The translations under genes and the position numbers were made by a program. The notes under the pieces are model-generated. The model was not told where the DNA came from and searched no databases. It was given only the letters and a program-made list of their open reading frames with translations. This document shows positions 18,673-28,577 of a stretch of 64,000 nt of DNA, in pieces (position 1 is the first letter of the stretch; every line of letters begins with the position of its first letter). Origin of the DNA: an uncultured Eubacteriales bacterium (GTDB lineage: Bacteria > Bacillota > Clostridia > Christensenellales > UBA1242); contig CARJLX010000001.1 in the NCBI GenBank assembly GCA_949001935.1, positions 195,231 to 259,230 on the forward strand, given 5' to 3'.

Positions 18673-20028
18673 ATGAAAAAGAAAGGTATTGCAATTTTTT
18701 TAGCTTTAGTGTTTGTTATTTCAGTCGCTATTGGATGTTGTTTTTTGTTTGATTTTAATTTTGAATATCAAAATAAAACTTTTTCGACTACAAGCAATTT
18801 AACTCAAAAAGTTGATATAAACATGGCTAGAGTTGATATTGCTTCGCTTTATATAAACTCTTGCGTTTCTGTTTACGTTGAAACAAAGGATATTGGATAT
18901 TCTTTGGGTAGTGGTGCATGCGTTGCAGCAAAGGGTTATAAAACTTCAAGCGGGTATGTGGCAGAGCGTGGTGCATATTTCGTGACGAATTATCATGTTA
19001 TTAGCAATTTGGTAGAGGAAGATTTTGCTGAGTTTGACAGCAAAGCATATATTATTTTAAATGGACAAGTTAGTAAGCATGAGTGTAAATTGCTTTGGCA
19101 TGATAAAGATGTTGATATGGCTTTGCTTTATTGTGATGATAATCTTGTTGATGAAATTGATAATTTTGGTTGGATTGATATTAAAGATAGAACAATTGAT
19201 TGTGATGAAATTCAAAAATTAAATTTTGATAAGATTTTTACGATAGGCACACCATTAAATTTGGAGTATCAAAATACCTTAGCTCTCGGTTATGTTTCAA
19301 ATCAAAAGTTAAAAGAAAGTTATACTTCTAAAGAATTGTTTGTTTATAATTCAAATTCTGAATATAAATTTACTACTAATGAAAAAGTTATTCCAAGTCG
19401 CCAAACCTTATACTATTATGATGTTTTAAACAATGCATATCAAGATTTGATTATGATGAATTTGGATATAACAAATGGCAATTCTGGTGGTGCTATTTTT
19501 GATGAAAGTGGTTATATTGTTGGACTTTCAACTTTAGGTATAAATTATCAACTTGCCAATACTTCAGCCCTTAATTTTGCGGTTCCAATTTATCCATTAA
19601 CAAGAATTTTAGATAAAGCAATTGAATTTAATGAGGGAATAACTCAAATAAGCAATATTATAAAGATACAAGATTTGGGTGTTTTTGGTGGTGATAAAAA
19701 CGAACTTTTATATATCATGGATTTTGGAAGCATAAAAGAAACAGGTGAGAAAAGTTATTATTTAGATGGCAGATTTTTTAATGCTCAAGAGCTGAATAAA
19801 TATAAAGATTATGATGGCGATGGGTTTATTATTTTTTCAAGTGAGGGTGAATTAGAAGAAGGTTTTATTTTAACATCTATTGCATTTAACGATGAAGAAA
19901 AAGTTATAAAAAATAGAAACGATTTGATTTATTATCTATATTCATGTAAAAAGGGCGATGTTATAAACTTAAAAGGTGTAGATTTTAATTCAAAATTGCA
20001 AGAAAAATCTTATATTATTGAATTATAA
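18673..20028 (+). CDS. Membrane-anchored trypsin-like (S1C-type) serine protease
   Basis: N-terminal TM helix. Catalytic triad context TNYHVI, DMALL, GNSGGAIFDESGYIVGL. Confidence 0.75.
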   Translation: MKKKGIAIFLALVFVISVAIGCCFLFDFNFEYQNKTFSTTSNLTQKVDINMARVDIASLYINSCVSVYVETKDIGYSLGSGACVAAKGYKTSSGYVAERGAYFVTNYHVISNLVEEDFAEFDSKAYIILNGQVSKHECKLLWHDKDVDMALLYCDDNLVDEIDNFGWIDIKDRTIDCDEIQKLNFDKIFTIGTPLNLEYQNTLALGYVSNQKLKESYTSKELFVYNSNSEYKFTTNEKVIPSRQTLYYYDVLNNAYQDLIMMNLDITNGNSGGAIFDESGYIVGLSTLGINYQLANTSALNFAVPIYPLTRILDKAIEFNEGITQISNIIKIQDLGVFGGDKNELLYIMDFGSIKETGEKSYYLDGRFFNAQELNKYKDYDGDGFIIFSSEGELEEGFILTSIAFNDEEKVIKNRNDLIYYLYSCKKGDVINLKGVDFNSKLQEKSYIIEL

Positions 20029-20113
20029 TATCGAAAATTGTTTTAAATTTTAGCTTTACTTATGCTATAATAATAAAAACATGTTATTTTGTAATTTACT
20101 TAAGGAGAAAAAT

Positions 20114-21115
20114 ATGACAAAATACAATTACGCAATTGAAATTGGTGGTGGACAAACTAAAATTTATCAAAAAGATTGTGGTCTTGTGTTATGTGAACCA
20201 ACCCTTGTTGCAGCAGAACCAACTTCTTCTGGCTATGTGGTTTTAGGTCTTGGCAAAAAAGCTAAAGCTTTAATGGGCAAAACTTCTGACGAAGTTGAAG
20301 TTTTTTCACCTATTGCAAATGGAAAGATCAACAATTTTGAATATGCTGAAGAACTTTTACAATATTTCTTTGATAAGATTGATTATAAAAAGAATTCAAG
20401 CAACATAGTTATTCTCGTTGGTTGTGGAATAACAGAAGCTGATAAAAAGTTATATCGTGATTTGCTTCATAAAGTTGGCTTTAAAGAGGTCGCTTTAATT
20501 CCAACAGCGGTTTGCACATGTGTTGGTGCAGGAAAAAATATTTCTTCAACAAAAATCAATATGGTAGTAAATATTGGTGGTGGCAATGTAGATATTGCTG
20601 TTATCAATCGTAATTCTATTATTAAAGGTGCAACTTTGGGTATAGGTGGTAGAAACATTGATAGTGTGATTGCACAAACTATTGCTTATGATGATGGAAT
20701 TGTTATAGGGCTTGCCTCTGCTGAAATGCTTAAAAATGAAGTTGCAAGTTTATATTATAATGACAGTCTGAACATGGAGGTAACTGGAGTTGATGTTGAA
20801 AGTAAAGTGCCTCGCTCTTACATAATAACTTCTGGAGATCTTTATCCAATAATTTTACCTTTCTTTGATGAGATTATTAGGGCAAGTGATGTGACTATCA
20901 CTTCATTACCTCCAGATATTTCTACAGATATTATCAATAATGGAGTGTTATTTGCTGGTGGGGTTTCTCAAATTTCAGGACTTGGAGATTATTTAAAGAA
21001 AAATTTCCGTTATCCAGTTAGAATTGTTGAGGATGGTGAATTTACTTCAATAAACGGAGCGGGTAAACTTCTTGATGACCAAGAACTTTTAAATAAAATT
21101 GTTGAAAATTTTTAA
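20114..21115 (+). CDS. MreB/Mbl-family actin-like protein (divergent)
   Basis: Collinear with MreB: IEIGGGQTKIY...CEPTLVA, VNIGGGNVDIAVI, GVLFAGGVSQISGL. AAGGAG RBS supports the ATG at 20114. No mreC/mreD downstream. Confidence 0.7.
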   Translation: MTKYNYAIEIGGGQTKIYQKDCGLVLCEPTLVAAEPTSSGYVVLGLGKKAKALMGKTSDEVEVFSPIANGKINNFEYAEELLQYFFDKIDYKKNSSNIVILVGCGITEADKKLYRDLLHKVGFKEVALIPTAVCTCVGAGKNISSTKINMVVNIGGGNVDIAVINRNSIIKGATLGIGGRNIDSVIAQTIAYDDGIVIGLASAEMLKNEVASLYYNDSLNMEVTGVDVESKVPRSYIITSGDLYPIILPFFDEIIRASDVTITSLPPDISTDIINNGVLFAGGVSQISGLGDYLKKNFRYPVRIVEDGEFTSINGAGKLLDDQELLNKIVENF

Positions 21116-21123
21116 GTTAGATA

Positions 21124-21151
21124 TTGACAATATTTTAGTTTTTGATATAAT
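21124..21151 (+). promoter_or_regulatory. Near-consensus sigma-A promoter with extended -10
   Basis: TTGACA (21124-21129), 16-nt spacer, TGaTATAAT (-10 at 21146-21151). Confidence 0.65.
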
Positions 21152-21175
21152 ATTATTGACGAAAGGGAGGGAAAT

Positions 21176-21376
21176 ATGTCATATAATATCAAGATAAAAC
21201 CAGGTTATTATACTTCAAGTCCATTTTGGGAGGAAGAATATTTAAAAAGACGAATTGAAAATCGTCAAAAAGCAATTGAAGAAGGTAAAAAATTAAGAGA
21301 ACATGCTGCTAAAGTAAACGCTGCAAAGAAGGCAAAAGAGCAAGAATTGCGGGGGGGGGACCAAGAGGTTCAATAA
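21176..21376 (+). CDS. Hypothetical small basic protein (66 aa)
   Basis: AGGGAGGG RBS and a consensus promoter upstream. A long hairpin follows (aaatcatata 21382-21391 / tatatgattt 21426-21435). Contains a G9 tract near the 3' end. Confidence 0.6.
   Translation: MSYNIKIKPGYYTSSPFWEEEYLKRRIENRQKAIEEGKKLREHAAKVNAAKKAKEQELRGGDQEVQ
21351..21359. repeat. G9 homopolymer tract
   Basis: Nine consecutive G in an AT-rich genome. Encodes the R-G-G codons near the C-terminus of the small ORF. Confidence 0.95.
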
Positions 21377-21638
21377 AAATAAAATCATATATTTTTGGTG
21401 GGTTTTAAGTAAAACACTATGAAAGTATATGATTTTTTTATATAAATATTGAGATTATTATAATAAAATTTTATGTTTTATTATTGTAGAAAGTTGGTTT
21501 TAACTGTTAAAAAAGCCTCATAAAGACATGAAAATTCTATTTTTATAACTTTTGTTAAATTTTTTTTGAAATAAAAAGAGGAATTTTTATAAAAGTGTGG
21601 TATATTAAGAGTAATTGATGTTTTTATGTGAGGTTTAA

Positions 21639-23417
21639 TTGCAAAATAACAAAGGTTATAACGCTGATTGGCTTTATCAACTTAAACAAAAAAATGATAT
21701 TGTTGATATTATTTCGCGTTATGTTCATCTAGAGCGTAAAGGTAAGAGTTATTGGGGGTGCTGTCCATTTCATAATGAAAAAACACCTTCTTTTTCTGTA
21801 AACCCTGAAGATGGTTTTTTCCATTGCTTTGGTTGCAAGGAAAGTGGGGATGTGATTAGTTTTGTTCAAAAAATGGAAAGTTGCGACTTTATGGACGCCG
21901 TTAAAATCCTTGCTGAAAATGCTCATATGGAAATCCCAGAGTTTAGTGGTGATCCTAATCAGGCTAAACGCAAGCAGGAAAAGGAAAGATTGTTGAAACT
22001 TTTAAACTCGGCTTATCGTCATTATCAAGAAAATTTATATCTTCCTTCTGCAAAAAAAGCTCAAGAGTATATAAAGATGAGGGGCTTCACTAAGCGAGAA
22101 CTTGACGATTTTAAACTTGGCTATGCGAATGGCTGGACTGAGATGATTGAATATTTAAGAAAACAGGGCTTTACATACAAAGAAATGGTGGATGCTGGGA
22201 TTGCTCAAAGTAAAAATTACCGTTATTATGATGTTATGGCTGACCGTTTAGTTTTCCCAATTTTTAATTCTTTCAACGACTGCATTGGATTTAGTGCAAG
22301 AGTTTTAGAAAAGACCGATTTTGCTAAGTATAAAAACACAGCCGAAACTATGGTTTTCCAAAAAGGGCGAGTTGTGTTTGCAATTAACCTATTAAAAGCT
22401 TTAAAACAGGCTGGTGGGCTTGAACAAATTATTATAGTTGAAGGACAGATTGATGTTATTGCAATGCACAGGGCGGGTTTTAAATCTACAGTTGCATGTA
22501 TGGGCACTGCTTTAACTGATGAAAATGCACACGAGCTTAAAAAGTTATGTGATAAAGTTGTTTTATGTTTTGATGGTGATAGTGCTGGAGAAAAGGCTAC
22601 TATTCGAAGTATAGATATTTTGAAAAATCAAGGTTTTACAGTTAGGATTGTTGCTCTTCCAGACAAAAAAGATCCCGATGAAATTTTGAAAACTAAGGGT
22701 AAAGAGTTTTTGACTGAACTGATTGAAAATGCGAAACCAGTTACCGATTATTTGATTGATGTTGAACTTAAAAAGTATGATTTGAATAAGGCTGATGAAA
22801 AGGGTAAATTTGTTAAGGCTGTTTTGATACATTTACGAAAGTTAAGTTTGACAGAAGCAGAACCTTATTTAGATAAGATTAGAGCTTTAACGAATATTCC
22901 AATTGATATATTAAGGCGAGACCTTGTGAATGGTGAAAAAGTGAAATCAAAACCAATTGAAAGCAAGGAAAGCGAAGATAAGGCTATAATTTCACGCGAA
23001 AATGGCAATATTAGGGCAGTTAAGTTTATTTTAGCGTCACTTATCGCAAAAAAGAATTATGTTAATACAAAGATAAATTATAAAGCCCTTCTTCCTCGCT
23101 ATACTGAAGTGGTGGAAGAGGTTAAAAAAAGTACACCAATAAGTTCCTATTTCGATATTTTTAATGTTGATGAGATGCCTATTTTGAAAGATGCTTTAAC
23201 TTACAATTTTGAGGAAATTGGACAGGCTCAAGACAGATATTTTGAGGAATGTTTATGGCTTTTGGTGGAAGAAAAACTTATTGAAAAACAAAAGTTATTA
23301 AGTGAAAAGTTTAAAACTTGCGAGGATTTGGATGAACGCACAGCCATTTTAAAACAACTTGCAGGAATAACAAAACAACTAAAAGAAAAAAGTTTGGAGG
23401 ATTATTATGCCAGATAA
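21639..23417 (+). CDS. dnaG: DNA primase
   Basis: Zinc-ribbon [13 protein letters not shown]...[16 protein letters not shown], Toprim VEGQIDVI and [13 protein letters not shown] start after a GAGG RBS. Confidence 0.9.
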   Translation: MQNNKGYNADWLYQLKQKNDIVDIISRYVHLERKGKSYWGCCPFHNEKTPSFSVNPEDGFFHCFGCKESGDVISFVQKMESCDFMDAVKILAENAHMEIPEFSGDPNQAKRKQEKERLLKLLNSAYRHYQENLYLPSAKKAQEYIKMRGFTKRELDDFKLGYANGWTEMIEYLRKQGFTYKEMVDAGIAQSKNYRYYDVMADRLVFPIFNSFNDCIGFSARVLEKTDFAKYKNTAETMVFQKGRVVFAINLLKALKQAGGLEQIIIVEGQIDVIAMHRAGFKSTVACMGTALTDENAHELKKLCDKVVLCFDGDSAGEKATIRSIDILKNQGFTVRIVALPDKKDPDEILKTKGKEFLTELIENAKPVTDYLIDVELKKYDLNKADEKGKFVKAVLIHLRKLSLTEAEPYLDKIRALTNIPIDILRRDLVNGEKVKSKPIESKESEDKAIISRENGNIRAVKFILASLIAKKNYVNTKINYKALLPRYTEVVEEVKKSTPISSYFDIFNVDEMPILKDALTYNFEEIGQAQDRYFEECLWLLVEEKLIEKQKLLSEKFKTCEDLDERTAILKQLAGITKQLKEKSLEDYYAR

Positions 23418-24471
23418 TAAAGTTGAATTAGAAATGAAAAAAATCACTGATATTGCACAGAAAAAAGGCTCTATCAATGAAGAAGATGTATATTTTAGAC
23501 TTCTTAAATATGAAGTTTCGGCTGCAGATATTCAAAAATTTTTGAAGAAGCTTGAAAGCAGAAAGATTAGAATTATTCGTCCTTTAACTGATACAGAAAA
23601 TAAAATAGATGAACTAGCTGAAATAACAGGAGGATTTTCTTCTGTTGATGATCCTGTTAAAATGTATCTTAAAGATATAGGTAAAGTTCCACTTCTTTCA
23701 CCTGAGGAAGAAATAGAACTTGCTAAGCGTATTTTGGAAGGTGATGAAGAGGCTAAAGCCAGACTTTGCCAAGCAAACCTTCGTCTTGTTGTTTCAATCG
23801 CAAAAAAATGGGCTTCAACAAATAGTTTGTCTTTTCTTGATCTTATTCAAGAGGGGAATATGGGACTTTTAAAGGCTGTTGAAAAATTTGACTATACAAA
23901 AGGTTTCCGTTTTTCAACTTATGCAACTTGGTGGATTAAACAGGCTATTACGCGTGCTATTGCTGACCAATCTAGAACAATTCGTTTGCCTGTGCATATG
24001 GTTGAAACTATCAATAGATATGGCAGAACAGTTCGTCAACTCACTCAAAAGCTTTCTCGTGATCCTACTTTAGAGGAGATTGCTGCCGAAATGGGTATTA
24101 GTGAGGCAAAGGTTGTGGATATCCAAAAAAGTGCACTTGACCCAGTTTCGCTTGAAACTCCAGTTGGTGAGGAAGAAGATAGCAAGATGAGCGATTTTAT
24201 TGAAGATGAATCTGCTCGTTCACCAATGGAAGTAGCTTCTCAAAATCTTCTTCGTGAACAATTATTGGCTGTAATTGATACTTTAACACCTCGTGAGCAA
24301 CAAGTTATTCGTGAGCGTTATGGTCTTATGGATGGCAAAGCTAAAACGTTGGAAGAGGTTGGAAAAGAATTTAGTGTGACAAGAGAGCGTATTCGTCAAA
24401 TTGAAGCAAAAGCTCTTAGAAAACTTAAACATCCAAATAGAAGCAAAAAGCTTATAGATTTTATAGACTAA
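23407..24471 (+). CDS. sigA: RNA polymerase primary sigma factor (sigma-70/SigA)
   Basis: Region 2 [30 protein letters not shown]. Region 4 [27 protein letters not shown]. Overlaps the dnaG end. Confidence 0.95.
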   Translation: MPDNKVELEMKKITDIAQKKGSINEEDVYFRLLKYEVSAADIQKFLKKLESRKIRIIRPLTDTENKIDELAEITGGFSSVDDPVKMYLKDIGKVPLLSPEEEIELAKRILEGDEEAKARLCQANLRLVVSIAKKWASTNSLSFLDLIQEGNMGLLKAVEKFDYTKGFRFSTYATWWIKQAITRAIADQSRTIRLPVHMVETINRYGRTVRQLTQKLSRDPTLEEIAAEMGISEAKVVDIQKSALDPVSLETPVGEEEDSKMSDFIEDESARSPMEVASQNLLREQLLAVIDTLTPREQQVIRERYGLMDGKAKTLEEVGKEFSVTRERIRQIEAKALRKLKHPNRSKKLIDFID

Positions 24472-24481
24472 AGGAGAGAAT

Positions 24482-25180
24482 ATGGATATAGCAAAAATTA
24501 TAGAATATCAAAAGACTGATGCTGAACTTTTCAAGATAGAAAAGGCGTCTAGGGAAAATCCTAACCGCAAAATTGCAAATGATATGCAAAAGCGAGCTAG
24601 TGATGCACAAAAGCGTTCTGTAGAGCTTGAAGATAAAGCAAAGGTTTTAACAGAACAAATTGAAACTATTAAAAAACAATTTGAAGCACAAAACAAAATG
24701 TTAGGCCAAGTTTTAAGTAAAGATGTAGACGCACTTGAAGCTGGAGATGTAGATAAACTTATTGAACTTAAAGATAAATTGTCACAAAATTCTAACTTTT
24801 TAGATAAAAATCTCACTCGTCTTGCTGAAAATGTTAAAATGGTTATTGATGAATATCAAAAGGCAACCAAGATTTATCAAGACGCCCGTGTAAAGTATAA
24901 CGAAAGTAAGACGGCTTATGATAAATCCATGACAGAAATTGAACCTAAAAAGAAGGAACTTGAAAGCAACTTAGCAACAGCAGAGAAGGGGATTTCTAAG
25001 GAAACTTTAGACAAATATAAACGCCTTCGTGCCGATAATATATTTCCAGTATTTGTTCCTCTTCGCGGAAATTCATGCGGTGGTTGTAATATGGAACTTC
25101 CTATTGCTCAAGTTTCAAAACTTAAAGAAAATGGCACACTTCAATGTGAGCATTGCCATAGAATAATTTATTTTATTTAA
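24482..25180 (+). CDS. Coiled-coil protein with a C-terminal C4 zinc ribbon (COG1579/CT398-like family)
   Basis: Long coiled coil followed by CGGCNMELP...CEHCHRIIY. Confidence 0.7.
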   Translation: MDIAKIIEYQKTDAELFKIEKASRENPNRKIANDMQKRASDAQKRSVELEDKAKVLTEQIETIKKQFEAQNKMLGQVLSKDVDALEAGDVDKLIELKDKLSQNSNFLDKNLTRLAENVKMVIDEYQKATKIYQDARVKYNESKTAYDKSMTEIEPKKKELESNLATAEKGISKETLDKYKRLRADNIFPVFVPLRGNSCGGCNMELPIAQVSKLKENGTLQCEHCHRIIYFI

Positions 25181-25247
25181 AAAGAATATCAACATAAGGA
25201 GAAATAATGCAAAAAGAAATACCATATTTAATTACATTAAATTTGCT

Positions 25248-26216
25248 TTGATGTTTTTGGTGGTGTTTGGACATTGCATTGAACCCTTTGTTGGTATTCC
25301 TTTTTTTAAAGCTTTATATCTAACTATTTACTCCTTCCATATGCCATTGTTTGTTTTTATAACCGGCTTTTTAGCAAAATATAATAAAAATAAATGCATT
25401 AGGTTTTTAATTATATTTTTAATTTTACAGGTTATTCATGTTGTGCCAACAATAATTCAAACTTTGATTGTTAGCCCGCAAGGAGTATCGGTTTATGATA
25501 TTTTCAAAATTATATTCACGCCGGGTTGGACTCTTTGGTTTTTATCTGCCTTAGTTTTGTGGATGGTTAGTCTAAAGTTTTTCAAAAATATATCTTATCT
25601 TGATATTTTTGTTTTCTTTGTTATTACCTTGCTTTTAGGTTTTATTCCTTATGTTGGAGAGTTTTTAAATATAAGTCGAACATTTTATTTTTACCCGTTT
25701 TTCCTTTTAGGCTTTAAAATGGCGGGGGGGGGTAGAAAGACCTTCGTCAACAAAATTAAAACTCTACAAACACCATTGTTGCAGACTGTTTCTGGCTTAA
25801 TTTTGATTTTTACTTTTATATTTTTATTAAGTGGAATTGTAGACCTTCCAACAGCTATGTTTTACGGAAAAGAATGTTATGTAAATAATTGGGGAATTTT
25901 GTTTCGACTTTGTTGCTTTTTAATTGCCATCTTAAATGGCTTTGCATTTATGATGATAATTCCAATAAGAGAAAGGGTGAGTAAAAATAAATATGCGATA
26001 AATGAAATAGGAAAGCGAACTTTATCAATTTATATTTTTCATCCATTAATATTAGTATTAATTAGATTCTTGCTTATAGGGAAATTAAATGGAATTTTAA
26101 TTTTTATAATTTGCATTTTAACAACAACAGCGATTTTCTATTTTACATCACTTCCAGCATTTAGCAAACTACTAAATTTAAAATTAAAGAAAAAAACAAA
26201 AAACAACGCTATTTAA
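25248..26216 (+). CDS. Acyltransferase family 3 membrane protein; the 5' end is apparently frameshifted
   Basis: LVVFGHCIEPF and about 10 TM helices. The AAGGAG RBS and the ATG at 25207 are in another frame and hit a stop at 25249-25251. One extra A in the A5 run (25211-25215) would give MQKRNTIFNYIKFALMFLVVFGH. Internal G9 tract at 25724-25732. Confidence 0.75.
   Translation: MMFLVVFGHCIEPFVGIPFFKALYLTIYSFHMPLFVFITGFLAKYNKNKCIRFLIIFLILQVIHVVPTIIQTLIVSPQGVSVYDIFKIIFTPGWTLWFLSALVLWMVSLKFFKNISYLDIFVFFVITLLLGFIPYVGEFLNISRTFYFYPFFLLGFKMAGGGRKTFVNKIKTLQTPLLQTVSGLILIFTFIFLLSGIVDLPTAMFYGKECYVNNWGILFRLCCFLIAILNGFAFMMIIPIRERVSKNKYAINEIGKRTLSIYIFHPLILVLIRFLLIGKLNGILIFIICILTTTAIFYFTSLPAFSKLLNLKLKKKTKNNAI
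25724..25732. repeat. G9 homopolymer tract inside the acyltransferase gene
   Basis: Nine consecutive G encoding A-G-G-G, currently in frame. Confidence 0.95.
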
Positions 26217-26226
26217 ACGTTGTTTT

Positions 26227-27360
26227 TTACATGGTTTTAATAAAATGTTTTACTGCTTGAACTAGGCGTGAAACTTCATTATAGGTGTTAAAATAAGAGA
26301 AAGAAACTCGTATTGCTCCTTGTTGTAAAGTTCCCAAAGCTTTGTGTTTCTCTGGTGCACAATGATAACCCCCACGCACACAAATTCCCCATCTTTCATC
26401 TAAATAATTTGTAAAATCGTTGGAATGAACACCAGGAATATTGAATGCTAAAACACCATTTGAATTTTCTGGGTGAGTATAAACATCAACGGGGAGTTTG
26501 GACAACTCATAGTTTAAATAAGTTGTTAAATCATCTAATCTGTTGCGTATCTCTTCGTAATGATTTTCAACAAAATCCACTCCAGCTCCTAGTGCAATAA
26601 TTGATGGCGTGGATAATGTTCCTGTTTCATAGCGGTCGGGAATTTCCTTTGGTTGATTTAGGTCTAACGAGTTTGTTCCAGTCCCTCCAAACTTGATTGG
26701 CTCTGGAAGAGCCTTGCCAGAAAGAATGAGTGAGCCAATTGCCTGAGGAGCATAAAATCCTTTATGACCGGCAACGGTCAACATATCTATGTTGAACTTT
26801 TGTATATCTATATTTTCATGTCCGCCACTTTGAGCCCCATCAACTAAGAATATTAAATTATGATTTTTGCAAAATTCTCCAATTTCTTGAATTTCTGCTT
26901 TGTCACCATTTACATTTGATATATGATTGCATATAACCATATATGTATTATTCTGCACATGTTTTGCAATGTCGCAGGCACAAATCCCTGTTTTTTTGCT
27001 TTGCCTTGCAACGGTGTAGTCAATAAGACCTTTATTTTTTAAATAATTCAATGGGCGGAGAGTTGAATTATGTTCATTTTCTGTACAAATAATATGTCCA
27101 TTTTGTTTGGTCATTCCTAGAATTGCAAGGTTTAAGGCTTCCGAACAATTATTTGTAAAAATTACATTTTCAGGTGTTGGAGCATTAAAGTGTTTTGATA
27201 ATTTTTCACGAACTTCTTGCACCTGCATAGCAGTTCTCACACTGGCTTGATGTCCGCTTCGACCAGGATTTGCTGTATATTTTATAAGTGCGTCATTCAT
27301 TGCTTTTATAACTTCTTTTGGTTTAACAAATGTTGATGCACTATTGTCTAGATATATCAT
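26227..27360 (-). CDS. Aminotransferase class V / cysteine desulfurase-family PLP enzyme
   Basis: VAGHKGFYAPQAIG (PLP-lysine context), DGAQSGGH and the overall NifS/CsdA-like layout. AGAGG RBS. Confidence 0.85.
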   Translation of the reverse strand: MIYLDNSASTFVKPKEVIKAMNDALIKYTANPGRSGHQASVRTAMQVQEVREKLSKHFNAPTPENVIFTNNCSEALNLAILGMTKQNGHIICTENEHNSTLRPLNYLKNKGLIDYTVARQSKKTGICACDIAKHVQNNTYMVICNHISNVNGDKAEIQEIGEFCKNHNLIFLVDGAQSGGHENIDIQKFNIDMLTVAGHKGFYAPQAIGSLILSGKALPEPIKFGGTGTNSLDLNQPKEIPDRYETGTLSTPSIIALGAGVDFVENHYEEIRNRLDDLTTYLNYELSKLPVDVYTHPENSNGVLAFNIPGVHSNDFTNYLDERWGICVRGGYHCAPEKHKALGTLQQGAIRVSFSYFNTYNEVSRLVQAVKHFIKTM

Positions 27361-27441
27361 AAATTTTACCTCTTTTGCAACTTTGTTGTATATATTATAA
27401 TATACTGAATTTGGGAGATAAGGTGCAAAAAAGGAGTTAAT

Positions 27442-27702
27442 ATGAATTATATTTTAGCCGTCTTTGGTTCACGGAATGAAACTCTAAGTTTTGCAAGATT
27501 GCTAAAAAATAATGGAATAAGTTCAGGAGTAATAAACACTCCCTCACAAGTAGGGGAAAGAAGTTGTTCTATATCAGTAAAATTGCCATATAATGCCCTT
27601 GCCCTTGCTGAGAGGCTTGTTTCACAAGCATATTTTCAATCTTTTAAAGGTTTCTACATTATTTATTTTTCAAATGGTCGTATGAACATAGATAAAGTTT
27701 AA
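27442..27702 (+). CDS. Small DUF3343-like (putative S/Se carrier-like) protein
   Basis: 86 aa with the pattern AVFGSRNETLSFARLLKNNGI...TP.....CSISV. Divergent from the desulfurase. AAGGAG RBS. Confidence 0.45.
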   Translation: MNYILAVFGSRNETLSFARLLKNNGISSGVINTPSQVGERSCSISVKLPYNALALAERLVSQAYFQSFKGFYIIYFSNGRMNIDKV

Positions 27703-27803
27703 AAGTTAGTAAAATTTTTATTAAAAATTTACTATTTTGTGTGGTAATCAGTTGTTTAAGTCATTAAGTTTTGTTATACTAACAAAGTAGAGGAATTTAT
27801 ATT

Positions 27804-28577
27804 ATGAATACTTTATTAGCAAAATTTTTTGAATATCAACCACAAGGTGAATATAGCATGCTAAATTTGGCACATATTTTAATAATAGTTCTTGGAATTC
27901 TTACTATTTTGATTGGCTGTTTTTTCCTTAGAAAATTAGAGCACAAAAAAGTAAAAATAATATTGCTTGTTTGTGCAATATTAGGTCTTTTGATTGATCC
28001 TATTTATTGGATTTGGGAACTCTGCACAACGGGTACATTACATTTTGAGCAAACTTTGCCACTATATTTTTGTTCACTTTTTTATATGACTCTTGCTGTT
28101 GGTGTATTTGCTAAAAGAGAAAAAGTTAAACAGGCATGTTTTGCATATTTAGCAACATTTAATATTTTTGCAGGGCTTATGGGGCTTATATTAAACAACA
28201 ATTTAAACAGTTATCCTGTTTGGAGTTTTGTTGGAGTTAGAACTTTATTCTTCCATCTTTTAATGCTGTTTGTTTCAGCTCTTATTTGGTTCACAAAATA
28301 TTATAAACCTAAAATTACTGATGTTTTTACATTTATGATTCCACTTGGCATAATGTTTATTCCAGCACTAATAGTTGATAAAATTTGGGATTTTGATTAT
28401 TGTTATCTTAATGGTGGAAGAGGAACTCCTATTGAAAATGTGAGTGCTGTTTTGCCAAATGCAGTGTATATAATTCTGTTGTATTTGCTTATATTTGTAG
28501 CAACTAATGTGGTTTTCTATATTCCAACTATAGTAAAATATTTTAAAGAAAGGCGGGGTGGGGAATTTGGAAAATAA
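27804..28577 (+). CDS. Integral membrane protein, YwaF/TMEM164-like (tentative)
   Basis: About 7 TM helices and an LPLYFCSLFY motif resembling the LPLHLCS hallmark of that family. Confidence 0.4.
   Translation: MNTLLAKFFEYQPQGEYSMLNLAHILIIVLGILTILIGCFFLRKLEHKKVKIILLVCAILGLLIDPIYWIWELCTTGTLHFEQTLPLYFCSLFYMTLAVGVFAKREKVKQACFAYLATFNIFAGLMGLILNNNLNSYPVWSFVGVRTLFFHLLMLFVSALIWFTKYYKPKITDVFTFMIPLGIMFIPALIVDKIWDFDYCYLNGGRGTPIENVSAVLPNAVYIILLYLLIFVATNVVFYIPTIVKYFKERRGGEFGK

Noticed and set aside
21377-21638. The 262-nt gap upstream of dnaG was examined for a riboswitch or small RNA.
   Set aside because: I found only a long hairpin terminator for the small ORF and an extended -10 (TGgTATATT at 21598-21606). 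No conserved riboswitch core was recognised.
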